Origin: Candidatus Binatia bacterium
GTDB taxonomy: Bacteria; Desulfobacterota; Binatia; HRBIN30
Direction of reading: 5' to 3'
NCBI GenBank assembly: GCA_038245295.1
Contig: JBBRSP010000010.1
Location: 151,102-215,101, forward strand
Length of the DNA: 64,000 nucleotides
In this document: in pieces, positions 40,558 through 51,627 of the stretch
How the letters are laid out: the number at the start of each line of letters is the position of its first letter
Numbering within the stretch: the first letter of the stretch is position 1
The notes under the pieces: model-generated
Databases searched by the model: none
What the model was told of the DNA's origin: nothing
Seen by the model: only the letters and a program-made list of their open reading frames with translations
Position numbers and translations under genes: made by a program

Positions 40558-42969
40558 ATGGAAGAGCGTTACGATTCGACAACGGTAGAACAGAAATGGC
40601 GTCGCCTGTGGCACGAGCGCGGCACCAATAGTCCCAACCTGCGCGACGCCAAACGCCCGTACTACACGTTGATGATGTTCCCCTATCCCTCGGCGGAGGG
40701 GCTCCATGTCGGGCACGCCTTTGCTTTCCCCGGTGTCGATATCCACGGGCGCTTCAAACGCCTGCAGGGTTACGATGTCTTCGAGCCCATCGGCTTCGAT
40801 GCGTTCGGCATTCACTCGGAGAACTACGCGCTCAAGGTCGGCAGCAACCCGATTCAACTGATCCCCAAGACGATTGACAACTTCCGTCGTCAACTGAGTC
40901 GCCTCGGCCTGATGGTCGACTGGCGGCACGAAGTCGATACGACATCGCCGGAGTATTACCGCTGGACCCAGTGGATCTTCCTGCAGCTCTACAAACACGG
41001 CCTGGTGGTTCGCAAGAAGGCGCCGGTCAACTGGTGCCCGGCTTGTCAGACGGTGCTGTCCAACGAGCAGGTCATCGACGGCTTCTGCGAGCGCCACCCC
41101 GATGTGCAGGTGGAACAACGCTCGATGGAACAGTGGTTCTTCAAGATCACGCAGTACGCCGATCGGTTGCTGAAGAACCTCGATTGGATCGATTGGTCGG
41201 AGTCGACACGCGCGGCGCAGCGCAACTGGATCGGCCGCTCCGATGGCGCGCAGATCGATTTCACCGTCGCTGATCGAAGCGAGAAGTTGCGTGTGTTCAC
41301 GACGCGTCCCGATACGCTCTTCGGCGCGACCTACATGGTCTTGGCGCCGGAGCATGCGCTGGTCGAATCGCTGACAACCGCCTCCCAGCGTGCCGAGGTC
41401 GAGGCCTATCGCGAGCGTGTGAGCAAGATGGACCTGGTGACGCGCAAGTCACTCAAGGAGAAGACCGGCGTCTTCACCGGCTCGTACGCCGTCAACCCGG
41501 TCAACGACGCGCGCATTCCGATCTGGATCGCCGACTATGTTCTCGCGGAATATGGCACCGGCGCCATCATGGCCGTGCCGGCGCACGACGAGCGCGACTT
41601 CGACTTCGCCCAATTGTTCAAGCTGCCGATCATTCGCGTCATCGCTGCCGACGGTGATGGCGCCGACACGCCGCTCGAGGCAGCCTATGTCGGGCCGGGC
41701 CGCCTGGTGAACAGCGGTCGCTTCGATGGGCAGGGCGTTGCCGAGGCGAAACCGGGCATCACGGCGTGGCTTGCCGAACGCGCCTGCGGTCAAGCGCGTG
41801 TCGAGTTCCGTCTGCACGATTGGTGCATCTCGCGGCAGCGTTACTGGGGCCCACCCATCCCGATGATCTACTGCGATGCCTGCGGCATCGTGCCGGTTCC
41901 GGAGAAGGATCTGCCGGTGGTCTTGCCGCCGACCGATGACTTCCGTCCCGACGCCAGCGGCATCGCCCCTCTGGCGCGTGTGCAATCGTTCTACGAAGTT
42001 CCTTGTCCGCAATGCGGTGCCCAGGCGCGGCGCGAGACCGATGTCTCCGACACCTTCCTCGACTCGGCTTGGTATTTCCTGCGCTACCCATCGACCGATC
42101 GCGACGATGTGGCGATTGATCCGGAGCTGACCAAGAAGTGGCTGCCGGTCGACATGTACATCGGCGGCAACGAACACGCCGTCTTGCACCTGATGTACTC
42201 GCGCTTCATCACCATGGCGCTCAAGGATATCGGCGTCATCGACTTCGAGGAGCCGTTCAAGAAGTTCCGCGCCCACGGGTTGATCATTAAAGACGGCGCC
42301 AAGATGTCGAAGTCGCGCGGCAACGTCGTCAATCCCGATCAGTACCTGGAGAAATTCGGCGCCGACGTGTTCCGCATGTACATGATGTTCCTCGGCCCGT
42401 ACGAGGAAGGCGGCGACTTCCGCGACGAAGGCATCACCGGCATCCAGCGTTTCCTCGAAGCCCTGTGGCGTCAGGTGCGTGAGCTCGATGTCACCGCCAA
42501 AGTGTCGGACGGCCTGCTGCGCGCCACACACAAGACGTTGAAGAAGGTGCAGGAGGATCTCGAAGGGCTGCGCTACAACACGGCCATCGCCGCCTTGATG
42601 AGCCTGCTGAACGAGATCCGCCGCCAGGGCCCAGCCGACCGCTTCGTCCTCGAGAGCTTGCTCCTCATGGTGGCGCCCTACGCGCCGCATATCGCCGAGG
42701 AGCTGTGGGAGGCTCTCGGTCATACGACAAGCATCTTCGACGCCCGTTGGCCGGCGTTCGACCCGGCCCTTACGGTCGACGAAACGGTCGAGCTCGGCGT
42801 TCAGGTCAACGGCAAGATCCGCGCCCGCATCGTCGTTGCCACCTCGGCGAGTGAAGACACGATTCTCGCCGCGGCCATGGCCGAGCCTGCGGTCCAGGCG
42901 CTGATTGCCGGCAAGGAATTGAAGAAGAAGGTCGTGGTTCCCGGCCGCCTGGTGAGCCTGGTGCTGTAA
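40558..42969 (+). CDS. leuS: Leucine--tRNA ligase
   Basis: MFPYPS..GLHVGH (HIGH), FTTRPDT editing domain, DWCISRQRYWG, KMSKS, VQVNGK. Confidence 0.97.
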   Translation: MEERYDSTTVEQKWRRLWHERGTNSPNLRDAKRPYYTLMMFPYPSAEGLHVGHAFAFPGVDIHGRFKRLQGYDVFEPIGFDAFGIHSENYALKVGSNPIQLIPKTIDNFRRQLSRLGLMVDWRHEVDTTSPEYYRWTQWIFLQLYKHGLVVRKKAPVNWCPACQTVLSNEQVIDGFCERHPDVQVEQRSMEQWFFKITQYADRLLKNLDWIDWSESTRAAQRNWIGRSDGAQIDFTVADRSEKLRVFTTRPDTLFGATYMVLAPEHALVESLTTASQRAEVEAYRERVSKMDLVTRKSLKEKTGVFTGSYAVNPVNDARIPIWIADYVLAEYGTGAIMAVPAHDERDFDFAQLFKLPIIRVIAADGDGADTPLEAAYVGPGRLVNSGRFDGQGVAEAKPGITAWLAERACGQARVEFRLHDWCISRQRYWGPPIPMIYCDACGIVPVPEKDLPVVLPPTDDFRPDASGIAPLARVQSFYEVPCPQCGAQARRETDVSDTFLDSAWYFLRYPSTDRDDVAIDPELTKKWLPVDMYIGGNEHAVLHLMYSRFITMALKDIGVIDFEEPFKKFRAHGLIIKDGAKMSKSRGNVVNPDQYLEKFGADVFRMYMMFLGPYEEGGDFRDEGITGIQRFLEALWRQVRELDVTAKVSDGLLRATHKTLKKVQEDLEGLRYNTAIAALMSLLNEIRRQGPADRFVLESLLLMVAPYAPHIAEELWEALGHTTSIFDARWPAFDPALTVDETVELGVQVNGKIRARIVVATSASEDTILAAAMAEPAVQALIAGKELKKKVVVPGRLVSLVL

Positions 42970-43673
42970 TGAGGATTGCCGCACGCCAACCAGGTCACGC
43001 CCAGCTGGCTCCCCTCTCGCAAATCGGGAGGACACGCCGGTGGTGGCAGAAGACCAGGGGACCGAGTGTTTTCTACGCCCTCGTTTTGACCCTCGCCGGC
43101 TGCGGCTATCACCTCACCGGCAGCAAGATCGGTCTGCCGGCAGAGATCCATTCCATCCGCGTCGGCGACATCGAGAACCGCACTCCCGAATATGGGCTCG
43201 AGAAGCGACTGCGCTTCGCCCTGGAGCGCGAGATTCATCAGCGCCAGCAGCTGAGGCTAGGTGATTCCGACAGCGGCGCCGACGCCGTCCTCAGCGGCCG
43301 CATCCGTAGCGCCATCATGCGTCCGGTCGCCTTCAACAGCTCCGATCAGGCGACGCAATACAATGTCCTCATCGTGCTCGATCTGAGCCTCAAGCGTGAG
43401 CGCGACGGCGCCATCCTCTGGAAGGGGAACGGCATCCGTCAGGAGGCCGAGTACAGCACCGCCGCCGGCGTCGTCCTGGTGAGCTCGTCGCAGTTCCAGC
43501 AGGGCACCCTCGACCCAGCCAATCTGAACAATCCGCAGTTGAGCCCCGGCGCGGCTGGCAATCCCCAGGCGCCGAGCCTGCAGCTTGGTGAGTCCGATCG
43601 CGAACGCGCCCTCGCCCGCTTGCTCGAGCAAAGCGCGCGTGACGTCTACGACCAGATGATCGAAGACTTCTAA
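42969..43673 (+). CDS. lptE: LPS assembly lipoprotein LptE family
   Basis: LAGCGYHL lipobox; directly follows leuS; exact start uncertain. Confidence 0.8.
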   Translation: MRIAARQPGHAQLAPLSQIGRTRRWWQKTRGPSVFYALVLTLAGCGYHLTGSKIGLPAEIHSIRVGDIENRTPEYGLEKRLRFALEREIHQRQQLRLGDSDSGADAVLSGRIRSAIMRPVAFNSSDQATQYNVLIVLDLSLKRERDGAILWKGNGIRQEAEYSTAAGVVLVSSSQFQQGTLDPANLNNPQLSPGAAGNPQAPSLQLGESDRERALARLLEQSARDVYDQMIEDF

Positions 43674-43707
43674 AACAAAAAACGGGCTCTGCTTGCACAG
43701 AGCCCGT
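43672..43707 (-). terminator. Rho-independent terminator for rpsT (between convergent genes)
   Basis: Stem ACGGGCTCTG/CAGAGCCCGT preceded by an A-tract, which is a U-tract on the minus strand. Confidence 0.8.
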
Positions 43708-43739
43708 GGAGATTAACGTCGAAATTTCGGGTAGTTCGC

Positions 43740-44015
43740 TTACGAAGCAGCCTTGAGCTGGTCGACCTGAGTGGTCAGACGGGAAACCCGGCGCGAGGCG
43801 CTGTTGCGATGGATGACGCCTTTGCTGGCCGCCTTGGTGATCGTCTTGATCACCGTCGGCAGCATCTCGGCAGCCTTGGCGGTATTCTTCTCTTCGAGGG
43901 TGCGGCGCAGCTCACGGATCGTGTGACGCAGGTGCGTGCGGATGGATTGGTTACGCGCCGCTCGCTTTACAGACTGCGTATGACGCTTGATTGCTGACTT
44001 GTGTCGCTGTGCCAC
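43740..44015 (-). CDS. rpsT: 30S ribosomal protein S20
   Basis: HKSAIKR..Q..KR..RN, KAASKGVIHRNSASRRVSRL; GGAGGA RBS. Confidence 0.96.
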   Translation of the reverse strand: MAQRHKSAIKRHTQSVKRAARNQSIRTHLRHTIRELRRTLEEKNTAKAAEMLPTVIKTITKAASKGVIHRNSASRRVSRLTTQVDQLKAAS

Positions 44016-44048
44016 TAGAGTTCCTCCTAGACAATTACCGAGCGGCGG

Positions 44049-44077
44049 TTGCTAGCGCCCAGTCTAGGGGGAGTCAA
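44049..44077 (-). promoter_or_regulatory. Putative rpsT promoter
   Basis: TTGACT, 17 bp, TAGCAA on the minus strand. Confidence 0.5.
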
Positions 44078-44086
44078 CAGTAATCC

Positions 44087-44233
44087 CGTCGTCCCCGCCG
44101 GGGCTGGAGCCTGACCCAGCCCGCGGTCGACGGATCATCCTCAATCCCAGGCGGATGGCGGCGGCGTGAGGGCCATCTCTCACGCCGAGCGCTCCGGACG
44201 GGAGCCACGCCGACTTCGTTCGCGGGGACGACG
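44087..44233. ncRNA. Candidate structured RNA of unknown family
   Basis: 12-bp closing stem, several internal hairpins, two loops complementary to adjacent central segments; no known riboswitch consensus recognised. Confidence 0.4.
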
Positions 44234-44244
44234 ACGCCCCGTCC

Positions 44245-44272
44245 TTGTCGCCGCGCCGATGCTTGCTAGACT
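44245..44272 (+). promoter_or_regulatory. Putative ettA promoter
   Basis: TTGTCG, 16 bp (ending TGC), TAGACT. Confidence 0.4.
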
Positions 44273-44322
44273 CCCGCCTCCCCTCGCACCCCGAGGGTGT
44301 CTCGGAAAGGACAATTCGTTTC

Positions 44323-46002
<1,680 letters not shown>

Positions 46003-46056
46003 ACGCGGGGTAGGCTGGGGCATGGGCAGAGGCTTAGGCTGAGGTTGAAAGGTTGA

Positions 46057-46908
46057 ATGGATCTCGCCAAGGACACTGCTGTCACGAAGTTGAAGGTCGC
46101 GCCGGGCTGGTACACGGCGCAGCTCGGCAACGAGTGGGATTTCCGCACGCCATCCGGCGGTGTGTTGATGACCGTCGCCATGCGCGCCATGCAGCAAGAG
46201 CTCGGCGATCCGGAGCTGCACGCCCTCTCGGCAAACACGCACTTCTGTTCGCCGGTGCCGGCCGGTCCGCTCGAGATCCGCGTCGAAGTGTTGCGGCACG
46301 GCCAGGCGGCGGCGCAGGTGCGGGCGCAGTTGTCGTCGACGACGCAGCCGGGGCCGGGGCTCGAAGTGAGCGCGACGTTTGTACGGCACCGCGACGGCAT
46401 CGATGTCTTCGACGCCAAGATGCCCGACCTGCCGTTGCCCGACGCGGCACGTGTCATCACGCGGCCACCGGGCAGCATCACCACCTGGTATCCGCCGTTC
46501 TACAACAACTTCGAGACCCGCCTGGCGCTCGGCGCCGCGTGGTGGGAGCGTGACTGGGAACCAGGTCCGGCGCGCATCGCGCGGTGGTTTCGGTACAAGA
46601 TCGCCCAGAAGCGCACCGACGGTTGCCTCGATCCCTTCGCGCTACCACCGGTCATCGACACCATGCCGCAAGCGCTGCTGCAGTTCCTCGGACCGGATCA
46701 TCCGCCATTCCATGCCCCCAGCCTCGATCTCACCGTGCACTTCCTTGAGGATACGCGCGCGGAGTGGCTGTTGACCGATGTCCGCTCACGCCGCGCCCGT
46801 GCGGGCTACGCGACGGCGGATTGTGAAGTGTGGGATGACCAGGGGCATCTGATCGCCTTCGCGACGCAGACGATGATGTTGCGCACGCCGCCGGAGATGA
46901 AACCTTAA
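46057..46908 (+). CDS. Thioesterase family protein (TesB-like double hotdog)
   Basis: W..RTP.GG, SLDLTVHF, A.AGYA..DCEVWD..G.L.A...Q. Confidence 0.85.
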   Translation: MDLAKDTAVTKLKVAPGWYTAQLGNEWDFRTPSGGVLMTVAMRAMQQELGDPELHALSANTHFCSPVPAGPLEIRVEVLRHGQAAAQVRAQLSSTTQPGPGLEVSATFVRHRDGIDVFDAKMPDLPLPDAARVITRPPGSITTWYPPFYNNFETRLALGAAWWERDWEPGPARIARWFRYKIAQKRTDGCLDPFALPPVIDTMPQALLQFLGPDHPPFHAPSLDLTVHFLEDTRAEWLLTDVRSRRARAGYATADCEVWDDQGHLIAFATQTMMLRTPPEMKP

Positions 46909-46982
46909 AACATTTGGCCAAATGGTTGAGGGCCAGACGCCCAATGACCACACGGCCAGCTGGCCAAATGGCCAAATGGCCC
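46909..46982. repeat. Short tandem 8-mer repeats (GGCCAAAT-like)
   Basis: Similar tracts at 3370-3440 (opposite strand) and 48353-48385. Confidence 0.65.
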
Positions 46983-47068
46983 GAATATGTCTTACTGCAG
47001 CCCTAACCGCTTTGTTTTTACTGCCGAGTCCATCGCGCTAGGGCACAAGAGTTGCACCTGGGGACATC

Positions 47069-48352
47069 ATGCACCTGATCGAAAAGCTCGATGACCTTCT
47101 GTTCGGTGGGGAAATGTTGCTGCGCGCCGCCGCCGAGCGGCTGATGACGGGGGCTCTATTCAACCCGCTGCAGCACAGTATGCGTGTCGACCCGTATCCG
47201 GCCTACAAGCAATTGCGCGAGCGTGATCCGGTGCATCGGAGTTATCCGGCCGATGGCTGGGTGCTGACGCGTTACGAAGACATCTTCACGATCCTTTCCG
47301 ACCGGACCTTCTCGGCCGACGAGCGCAATTGGTTGCGTTACGAGCGCGAGCGGGCGCGCAACACACGGGCGCAGATCCCCGACGTTTACGAGGTTGGCAT
47401 CGTGTCGATGTTGCGCTCCGATCCGCCTGATCACACGCGCCTGCGCACACTCGTGTCGAAAGCCTTCACGCCGCGCGCCGTCGAGCGCATGCGGCCACGC
47501 ATCGAGGCGGTGGTCGACGAGATCGTCGACGGCCTGAAGCAGCGCCAGAGTTTCGATCTGATGGCCGACTTCGCGTCGCCGCTACCGGTGGTCATCATCG
47601 CCGAGATGCTGGGTGTCGATGTTGCCGATCAGCCACGTTTCCGTGCCTGGTCGAACGACGCGATTCGGCTGCTGGGCGACGGCAGCAAAGACGATCGCCG
47701 CCGCGCTTTCGTGGCGCTCAACGAAATGCGGCTTTGGCTCGAAGGCCAGATCGAGCAGCGCCGCCGCGAGCCGCGTGAGGATCTGCTGTCGGGCCTCGTC
47801 GCCGCCGAGGAAGCCGGAGATCATCTGACTACGATGGAGCTGTTCTCCACGTGCCTGCTGCTGCTGATTGCCGGCAACGAGACGACCACGAATCTCATCG
47901 GCAACGGCACGATCGCGCTGTTGCGCAACCCCGAGCAGTTGGAGTTGCTGCGCGCCGAGCCGGAACGTCTGAGCAATACGATCGAAGAGATGCTGCGCTA
48001 CGACAGCCCCGTGCAGCTCACCTCGCGCATCGCCCTCGAGGATCGCGATTTCGCCGGCAAGCGATTCCAACGCGGCCAGCAGATCGTCCTGCTCCTCGGC
48101 GCCGGCAACCGCGATCCACAGCGTTTCCCCGATCCGGACCGCCTCGATATCAAGCGCGAAGACGTGCACCCGCTGTCTTTCGGCCACGGCATCCACTACT
48201 GCCTCGGCGCCCAGCTGGCCCGCCTCGAAGCACGCATCGCCTTCGAGCGCCTGCTGGCCAATATCCCCAACTTCCACGCCGGCAGCGGCGAAATCGTCTG
48301 GGGAGAGAACACCGTATTACGCGGCCCGCGGGTGTTGCCGCTGGCAGCCTGA
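47069..48352 (+). CDS. Cytochrome P450
   Basis: DPPDHTRLR, AGNETT (I helix), EEMLR (ExxR), FGHGIHYCLG heme ligand. Confidence 0.96.
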   Translation: MHLIEKLDDLLFGGEMLLRAAAERLMTGALFNPLQHSMRVDPYPAYKQLRERDPVHRSYPADGWVLTRYEDIFTILSDRTFSADERNWLRYERERARNTRAQIPDVYEVGIVSMLRSDPPDHTRLRTLVSKAFTPRAVERMRPRIEAVVDEIVDGLKQRQSFDLMADFASPLPVVIIAEMLGVDVADQPRFRAWSNDAIRLLGDGSKDDRRRAFVALNEMRLWLEGQIEQRRREPREDLLSGLVAAEEAGDHLTTMELFSTCLLLLIAGNETTTNLIGNGTIALLRNPEQLELLRAEPERLSNTIEEMLRYDSPVQLTSRIALEDRDFAGKRFQRGQQIVLLLGAGNRDPQRFPDPDRLDIKREDVHPLSFGHGIHYCLGAQLARLEARIAFERLLANIPNFHAGSGEIVWGENTVLRGPRVLPLAA

Positions 48353-48449
48353 ACATCTGGCCAAATGACCAAATGGCCAAATGCCTTGTCTCCTCCGCAG
48401 CCTTCAACTAACCCACGCTCGGCCCTACTGGCCCCGCAACGGAGGACCG

Positions 48450-49559
48450 ATGATCATCGTGATGAAGGCCGATACACTTCCTGAATCGAAGGAAGTTGCC
48501 GAGGTCATCAAGCTTTCGCAGAACTACCCGAATGTGCGCGCCGAAGTGCGCAAGATCGAGGGGGCGACGCGTGTGCTGACCGAGGTTTACCTGCTGGGAT
48601 CGACCGGATCGATTCCGCTGGAGCCGTTCGAAGAGCTGACCGCCGTCGAGAAGGCCATCCGGATCCGCGAGAAGTACCGCGCCATCGGCCGCCACGAAGG
48701 CCAGGCCGAGGCGGTCGGCTTCGAGTACAACGGCGTCGACTTCACGCAAGACAATCTGCACGTCTTTGCCGGCCTGTGTGCAGTAGACAATCGCCGCAAC
48801 GTCGAGACGATGTTCAAGGCGCTCAAGGACGTGGGTCTAACTACAACCCGCGCCGGCGCGTACAAGCCACGCACCAGTCCGTACGATTTCCAAGGCCATG
48901 GCAAAGAGTGTCTGCCATTCGTCTTCGAGCTGGCCGGCAAATACGGCATCAAAATCATCGCCATGGAGATCACCCACGAGTCCCACGTCGAGGAAATCCG
49001 CGACGCCTTGGCCGCCTCCGGCAATGCCACCGGCGTGATGTTGCAGATCGGCACACGCAACTCGCAGAACTTCGAGCTCCTCAAGGCCGTCGGCCAGCAG
49101 CATGAGTTCCCGGTCCTGTTCAAACGCGGCATGGGCATCACGCTCGACGAGTCGCTCAACGCCTGCGAATACCTCGCGACGGCGGGCAACCACCGCATCA
49201 TCTTCGGCCTGCGCGGCATGAAGACCAACCTCGGTGACCCGCACCGCAACTTCGTCGACTTCGGCATGGTGCCGGCGGTGAAGCGTCTGACACGCCTGCC
49301 GGTGTGCATCGATCCGTCGCACTCCGTCGGCAAGAAGCTCGTCGCGCCGGACGGCATTCTCGACATCGCCCACGTCACCGCACAAGGCGTCATCGCCGGC
49401 GCCAACATGATCCTCGTCGACTTCCATCCCAAGCCCGAAGAGGCGTTGTGCGACGGACCGCAGGCGCTGTTGATGAATGAGCTCGAGCCATACCTGCGCG
49501 ACATCGAGATCGTGCGCAAAGCGTATGAAGAGCGGCGCAAGGTGTACGCTGCGGCGTAG
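48450..49559 (+). CDS. aroF: 3-deoxy-7-phosphoheptulonate (DAHP) synthase, type I-beta, with N-terminal regulatory domain
   Basis: GAYKPRTSPY.FQG, QIG.RN.QNF.LL, KRG, DPSH, DG.QAL; MIIVMK N-terminus; GGAGGA RBS. Confidence 0.88.
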   Translation: MIIVMKADTLPESKEVAEVIKLSQNYPNVRAEVRKIEGATRVLTEVYLLGSTGSIPLEPFEELTAVEKAIRIREKYRAIGRHEGQAEAVGFEYNGVDFTQDNLHVFAGLCAVDNRRNVETMFKALKDVGLTTTRAGAYKPRTSPYDFQGHGKECLPFVFELAGKYGIKIIAMEITHESHVEEIRDALAASGNATGVMLQIGTRNSQNFELLKAVGQQHEFPVLFKRGMGITLDESLNACEYLATAGNHRIIFGLRGMKTNLGDPHRNFVDFGMVPAVKRLTRLPVCIDPSHSVGKKLVAPDGILDIAHVTAQGVIAGANMILVDFHPKPEEALCDGPQALLMNELEPYLRDIEIVRKAYEERRKVYAAA

Positions 49560-49649
49560 GGCGTTGGGGTGCGGCGTCGGGTGCAAACTTCGGGTGCAGG
49601 GCCGATCTCGTGGCCTACTGCCTTTTGCCTAGTGCCTTTTGCCTAGTGT

Positions 49650-50864
49650 CTAGGCGAGCGCGCCGGCGATCAACTTCTGGGTCGTCTCCTGCAGCGGCAA
49701 TCCAGTGTACGACAAGAGCTGGATCATGCCGACGAAGATGAGGTAGTGCTCGGGATCAACCCAGAACCAGGTGCCTGCGGCGCCGTCCCAGTGGTAGGTA
49801 CCGCGCCCTACCGGGACGCCGGCGCGGACCGGGTCGGTGAACACGACTCCGTTATACCCGTAGCCAAATCCGGGGCGGAATCGCTGCTGTCCGGCGACCC
49901 AACCCGGCTCCAGCATCTCCTCCGGCAATCGATTGGTCATCTGCGCTTGCACCGCCGCGGCGCTGACGATGCGCCGGCCTCCAAGCTCGCCGCGGTTGAG
50001 CAGCATTTGCGCATAGCGTGCATAGTCGAGGACGGTGGAGAACAGCCCGCCGCCGCCCAGCGCCAGCGTCGGCGGCGTATCCGCATCGGAGCCCAGCGGG
50101 TTGTCGATCGCGGTAAGGGGCATCTCGCCGATCTTCAAGTAGAGCTTGGCGAGCCGGTCGCGCTTGTCGGCCGGAACGTGGAAGGCGGTATCACTCATGC
50201 CGAGCGGCGCGAAGATCCGCTCGGCGCAGAAATCAGGGAGCGACTGCCCCGTCAGCCGCTCGATCATCGCGCCCTGGACGTCCATCGACAGGCTGTAGCG
50301 CCACTTGCTGCCGGGCTGATGGGCAAGCGGCAATCGCCCGAGTCGCGCTACCATCTCGTCGAGCCCCGGCGCCCCCAGCACCTTGGCATCGCGGTACATC
50401 GCCTCGACGCGGTCCACGGCCGGGCCGATGTCGATGCCATAGGCGAAGCCGGCACGATGCGTCATCAACTCGTCCATCGTCGGCGCGTGATCGGCGCGCG
50501 CCAGGATCGGTGTGCCGTCCGCTTCCTCGCCGACGAGTACCTCCACATCGGCGAGCTCGGGGAGATGTTTGGCGATCGGATCGTCCGGCTGCCAGCGTCC
50601 TTCGTCATGCAGGATCATCATCGCCGTGCCGGTGATCGGCTTGGTCATCGAGAAGATGCGGAAGATGGTGTCTTCCGCCAGCACCTTGCCGGTGTCGCGA
50701 TCGTCGACACCCAGCGCGCCGACGCGCGCGATCTTGCCATGGCGCGCCACCAGCGTCAGTGCGCCGGCCAGCTCACCGGCATCGACGTGACCCTGAATCG
50801 CGGCATCCACCGCGTCGAGACCGGCACTCGAGAAACCAACCGCCTCGGGAGTTACGCGATCCAT
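49650..50864 (-). CDS. Serine hydrolase, beta-lactamase family
   Basis: FRIFSMTKPI (SxxK), LMTHRAG, PG.KW.YS, WDGAAGTWFWVDP. Confidence 0.92.
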   Translation of the reverse strand: MDRVTPEAVGFSSAGLDAVDAAIQGHVDAGELAGALTLVARHGKIARVGALGVDDRDTGKVLAEDTIFRIFSMTKPITGTAMMILHDEGRWQPDDPIAKHLPELADVEVLVGEEADGTPILARADHAPTMDELMTHRAGFAYGIDIGPAVDRVEAMYRDAKVLGAPGLDEMVARLGRLPLAHQPGSKWRYSLSMDVQGAMIERLTGQSLPDFCAERIFAPLGMSDTAFHVPADKRDRLAKLYLKIGEMPLTAIDNPLGSDADTPPTLALGGGGLFSTVLDYARYAQMLLNRGELGGRRIVSAAAVQAQMTNRLPEEMLEPGWVAGQQRFRPGFGYGYNGVVFTDPVRAGVPVGRGTYHWDGAAGTWFWVDPEHYLIFVGMIQLLSYTGLPLQETTQKLIAGALA

Positions 50865-51047
50865 TCAAATCCTCCCGCTTGTGGGCGCGCGCCGCGACGG
50901 CGGACGCTGCCATGGTTCGTTGCCGGCGGCGGACAAAACCGCCGTGCTGTAGCGGACCCAACCTCGAGCCATCGGTGCACGCGCGCAGCATTGTCCCCGG
51001 CTAAAGCCCTGCGCCTACCCACACCACTCTCCGCAGGAGGGTGGTGT

Positions 51048-51416
51048 CTAGAGCGGTTGCCCAAGAACGACAGTGCTGTAGCCATGCTCCACCAGGAGAT
51101 CGTTCTTGAACACGAGCCGCAGCGAGCGTGATGGGAGCAGCCACGCCGGGCGCTCCGGTAGGTAGACCCATATATTGTCGTCGGCGCTCTTCTCGGCGGG
51201 CGAGCCGAGGAGCATCAGCACCTCGAGTCTTGCCATGCCGTCTTGGAGCTGCTCGGCCTGGTGCTCCACGGTGGCGAACTCGTACTTCTGACCTGAGCGA
51301 GGGGTGGGCCTCCCCGTTTCGGGGTTGATGTTGACGCAACCAGCAAGAATCAACGCGATCAATGCCGAGCCGATTCTCACGATGAACTCTTCGTTGACGA
51401 CAGTGGCTTCACCCAT
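51048..51416 (-). CDS. BamE/SmpA-OmlA domain lipoprotein
   Basis: LAGC lipobox; L..GM...EV...LGSP..W.Y..L.F motif; exact start uncertain. Confidence 0.7.
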   Translation of the reverse strand: MGEATVVNEEFIVRIGSALIALILAGCVNINPETGRPTPRSGQKYEFATVEHQAEQLQDGMARLEVLMLLGSPAEKSADDNIWVYLPERPAWLLPSRSLRLVFKNDLLVEHGYSTVVLGQPL

Positions 51417-51471
51417 GAACCACTACTCTCCACGCGGCACAAAACCAACTCGCGGCTCACGCCGCGGACAG

Positions 51472-51537
51472 CGCAGGCTACCGAACTGCGGGGCGATCCA
51501 GAGATCGAGACGGGTAGGCGCAGGCTTCAGCCTGCGG
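51472..51537. repeat. REP family A doublet (left arm truncated)
   Basis: CGCAGGCTACC...GGTAGGCGCAGGCTTCAGCCTGCGG. Confidence 0.75.
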
Positions 51538-51627
51538 CAATCAGTGTACGCGCCAACATTCATATGGTACGCCCCGGGCGCACGACAACAAGCATCTTCC
51601 GAAGCGACCAAGGATGAGGAATTTGAA

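Noticed and set aside
44054..44233. glmS ribozyme or known riboswitch (TPP, SAM-I, cobalamin, lysine, glycine)
   Set aside because: Only short fragments (AGCGCC, GTCGACG, GGCGGATG) resemble glmS; core consensus and expected gene context are absent
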